A DNA stretch of 63,918 bases, filler included, from Octopus bimaculoides (taxonomy: Eukaryota), in assembly GCF_001194135.2 (NCBI RefSeq). It is 5 parts of 5 records of this genome, joined end to end, with 100 filler letters (N's around TTAATTAATTAA, not from the genome) between each part and the next. Parts side by side here need not be neighbours in the genome. Positions count along the whole stretch, not along the records: positions 59,297 to 63,918 come from NC_069005.1; 4 more parts are not named here. One strand, written 5' to 3'. Shown here one piece after another: positions 61,521 to 63,918 of this stretch. The position numbers and the translations under genes are program-made. Numbering within the stretch: the stretch's first letter is position 1; every line of letters begins with the position of its first letter. The notes beneath the pieces were generated by a model, which worked only from the letters and a program-made list of their open reading frames with translations, had not been told where the DNA came from and searched no databases.

Positions 61521-63501
61521 TTTTAGAGGAGAGGATCTTGTGTCAGATAATGAAAGGCTAGAGTGAGACAGAGAAGCAGAAACAGGTGTCTTGCTATAGA
61601 GGAGATACATGGCTACCCAGCCAAAGGGAAGAGCAAGGGAAAGAGAGAGAGAATGGGAAACAGCAGAAGTGCAAGAGAGAGCAGGAGAGAGATGACAGTG
61701 AAGTGCCAGGTTATACTTATAAGTAACAGGGGTCAGAGCATAGATGGGATGGTAGAGTAAAGAAGAGAGAGAGATAAATGGTGGCAATTGCCAGGGCATG
61801 TCCTCAAGGTACAGAGGTCATAATATATGCAACCATGTATTACCAAGAAGGTGTGAGTGGTATAAAGATGGGTGGGGGAAAGCAGTGAACAGGGCAGGGA
61901 TGGGGAGTGAAAGATAATCATAGTGTATGAAGAGGAAATGTGAGGAAGAAAAAAATGCAGTTTAGAAGAGCAGTTTGGTTTCTTGGGGTAGGGTCTGTGA
62001 AAAGTTTATTGTTACAGGAAGGTAGGACACAACATAGTTGGGTCTTCTGTGGAATCTCATATCGCCAGATATATGTATGCTGACACTTCACTAGCTGAAA
62101 ATATTCATTTACTTAAATCCCAGAACATCCACTAAGAGATTAAATGGTCCTGCTAAAGCCCAGCCTTATAACAATCATGGGAGTCTCTGTAAGCTCTGCT
62201 CCAATGAAAATCTGGAAATCCTTAACAAACACAATGAGCTCCTCATCTATAACTATAGTATAGCTGAGTTTGTGAGTGTGTGTGTGTGTGTGTGNNNNNN
62301 NNNNNNNNNNNNNNNNNNNNNNNNNNNNNNNNNNNNNNNNNNNNNNNNNNNNNNNNNNNNNNNNNNNNNNNNNNNNNNNNNNNNNNNNNNNNNNNNNNNN
62401 NNNNNNNNNNNNNNNNNNNNNNNNNNNNNNNNNNNNNNNNNNNNNNNNNNNNNNNNNNNNNNNNNNNNNNNGGATTCCTCATGGTCGAAAATGCCCGGAA
62501 TCGGCTATTTGTTTTTTTTTTTCGTTGCTTCCTAACACATGAATTTTTGCATTAAAAATAATTTTAAACCATAAATTCTAACAAGTTTCCAGTCGCCATT
62601 ATTTACAAACATGAGTTCAGTCCCTTTCTAGTGATGGTGCAAAGAGAGAGAGCAACAGAGAGAACAGATTTTTAAATTTCCTCTTTTTACTGGTCCCTTT
62701 ATCCACAACTAATTTGCATATTTGCTGAATCCGTTGCTCTACTCATACCCACATATAGCTGGTCGTGCGTGAACATGGCAGACAGCAGTAGTTATCAGAG
62801 TCAAAATCATCACTGTTCACTGTAGACATGGTCCTTCGCAATTGATCACCTTTTATTTTGTAAACAATGTTACGAAACGCTCCACTATGGCCGCAGTCAC
62901 ATGACAGAAACAAAGCAATAAAATCTATGCCATTTTCATCCCGAGCAAGGCCAGGATCTCTGCTAGTACTCTATAAACATAAATAAAAATTTATCTTTAA
63001 GAACTATATGAGAGAAAATGGTTAGCCTTATAAGACATTTTTATTTTATCAAATGGTTTACTTTTCATTTATTTTCATCGATTCCATTATATATTTATTT
63101 ATACTATGAATTTTGTTCACATTTAACTCATTTAATGCCTTTTCTTTCTTATTCTTAAAAATCCTAAACTTTGCTTAATATCTCATACCATGTTTTTCAT
63201 ATCTTATTTTGCATCATTATACCATAAAGTATAAGGATGTAAAATTAGATTTGAATATTATTTTATCTTATGTATTGTCCCTCATGCAACCTCCTCATAC
63301 AGTTAGATCTGCCCAATTGTGTGTGTGTGTGTGTGTGTGTATGTAAGTATGTTTGTAGGTATATATCTGTATCTATGCAAATGTACACATGTTTATATGT
63401 ATCTATATGTATAAGTGTATGTGTACACGTGCATGTGTGTATAGATATATATCCATGCAAATGTGCATGTATGTGTTTATATGTGCATATATGGTTGCAT
63501 T

Positions 63502-63536
<35 letters not shown>

Positions 63537-63855
63537 AATTGCCTTTCATCCTCTCAGGGTCAAGAAAATAAGTACCAGTTGATATTCAAGTTGATGAAAT
63601 CAACTTATTCCCTCCCCTGAAATTACTGGCTTTGTGCCAAGATTTGAAACCATTATTATTATTATTATTGAGTGAGAGAGCAGTGCATGCCATCAAAGTG
63701 ACACTGAAGTAAAATGTATGAAGCCCAATATACCCATCATAACTACCCATCTGATAAGAGTACACCAGGCACATTCATCCCAACCATATGTGTGCAACAT
63801 GGTGATTTCACATCAAGATAAATAGCGCATTATTATCATTATTATCATTATCATT

Positions 63856-63917
<62 letters not shown>

Positions 63918-63918
63918 C

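Overview
AT-rich, gap-ridden, microsatellite-saturated animal genomic DNA. It is most likely Octopus, inferred from the SINE/RTE families and repeat style and not verified. Four artificial joins (44 N + TTAATTAATTAA + 44 N at 13934, 24783, 54474, 59241) split the window into five pieces whose adjacency is not guaranteed. The only confidently identifiable host gene is two + strand coding exons of a USP19 deubiquitinase orthologue (9744-10912, 11611-11711), the first carrying a very long low-complexity insertion. The rest is transposon debris: RTE, R4/Dong, CR1/L2, Tx1 and Penelope-like (PLE) retroelements, Gypsy and BEL integrase fragments, two internally deleted mariners, a hAT-like fragment, MITEs and several tRNA-derived SINE families. 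The most interesting signal is RNA-structural. At least four short non-coding repeat families each carry a type I hammerhead ribozyme (HHR) fold with a tiny palindromic stem III (PLE/dimer type). Three loci are arranged as head-to-head inverted pairs with the ribozyme strands pointing outward, one family is fused to a tRNA-like Pol III head, and two decayed PLE reverse transcriptases lie in the same window. This suggests a set of non-autonomous, ribozyme-bearing retroelements (retrozyme-like) mobilised by PLEs. The folds are read directly from the sequence; activity and novelty are untested.
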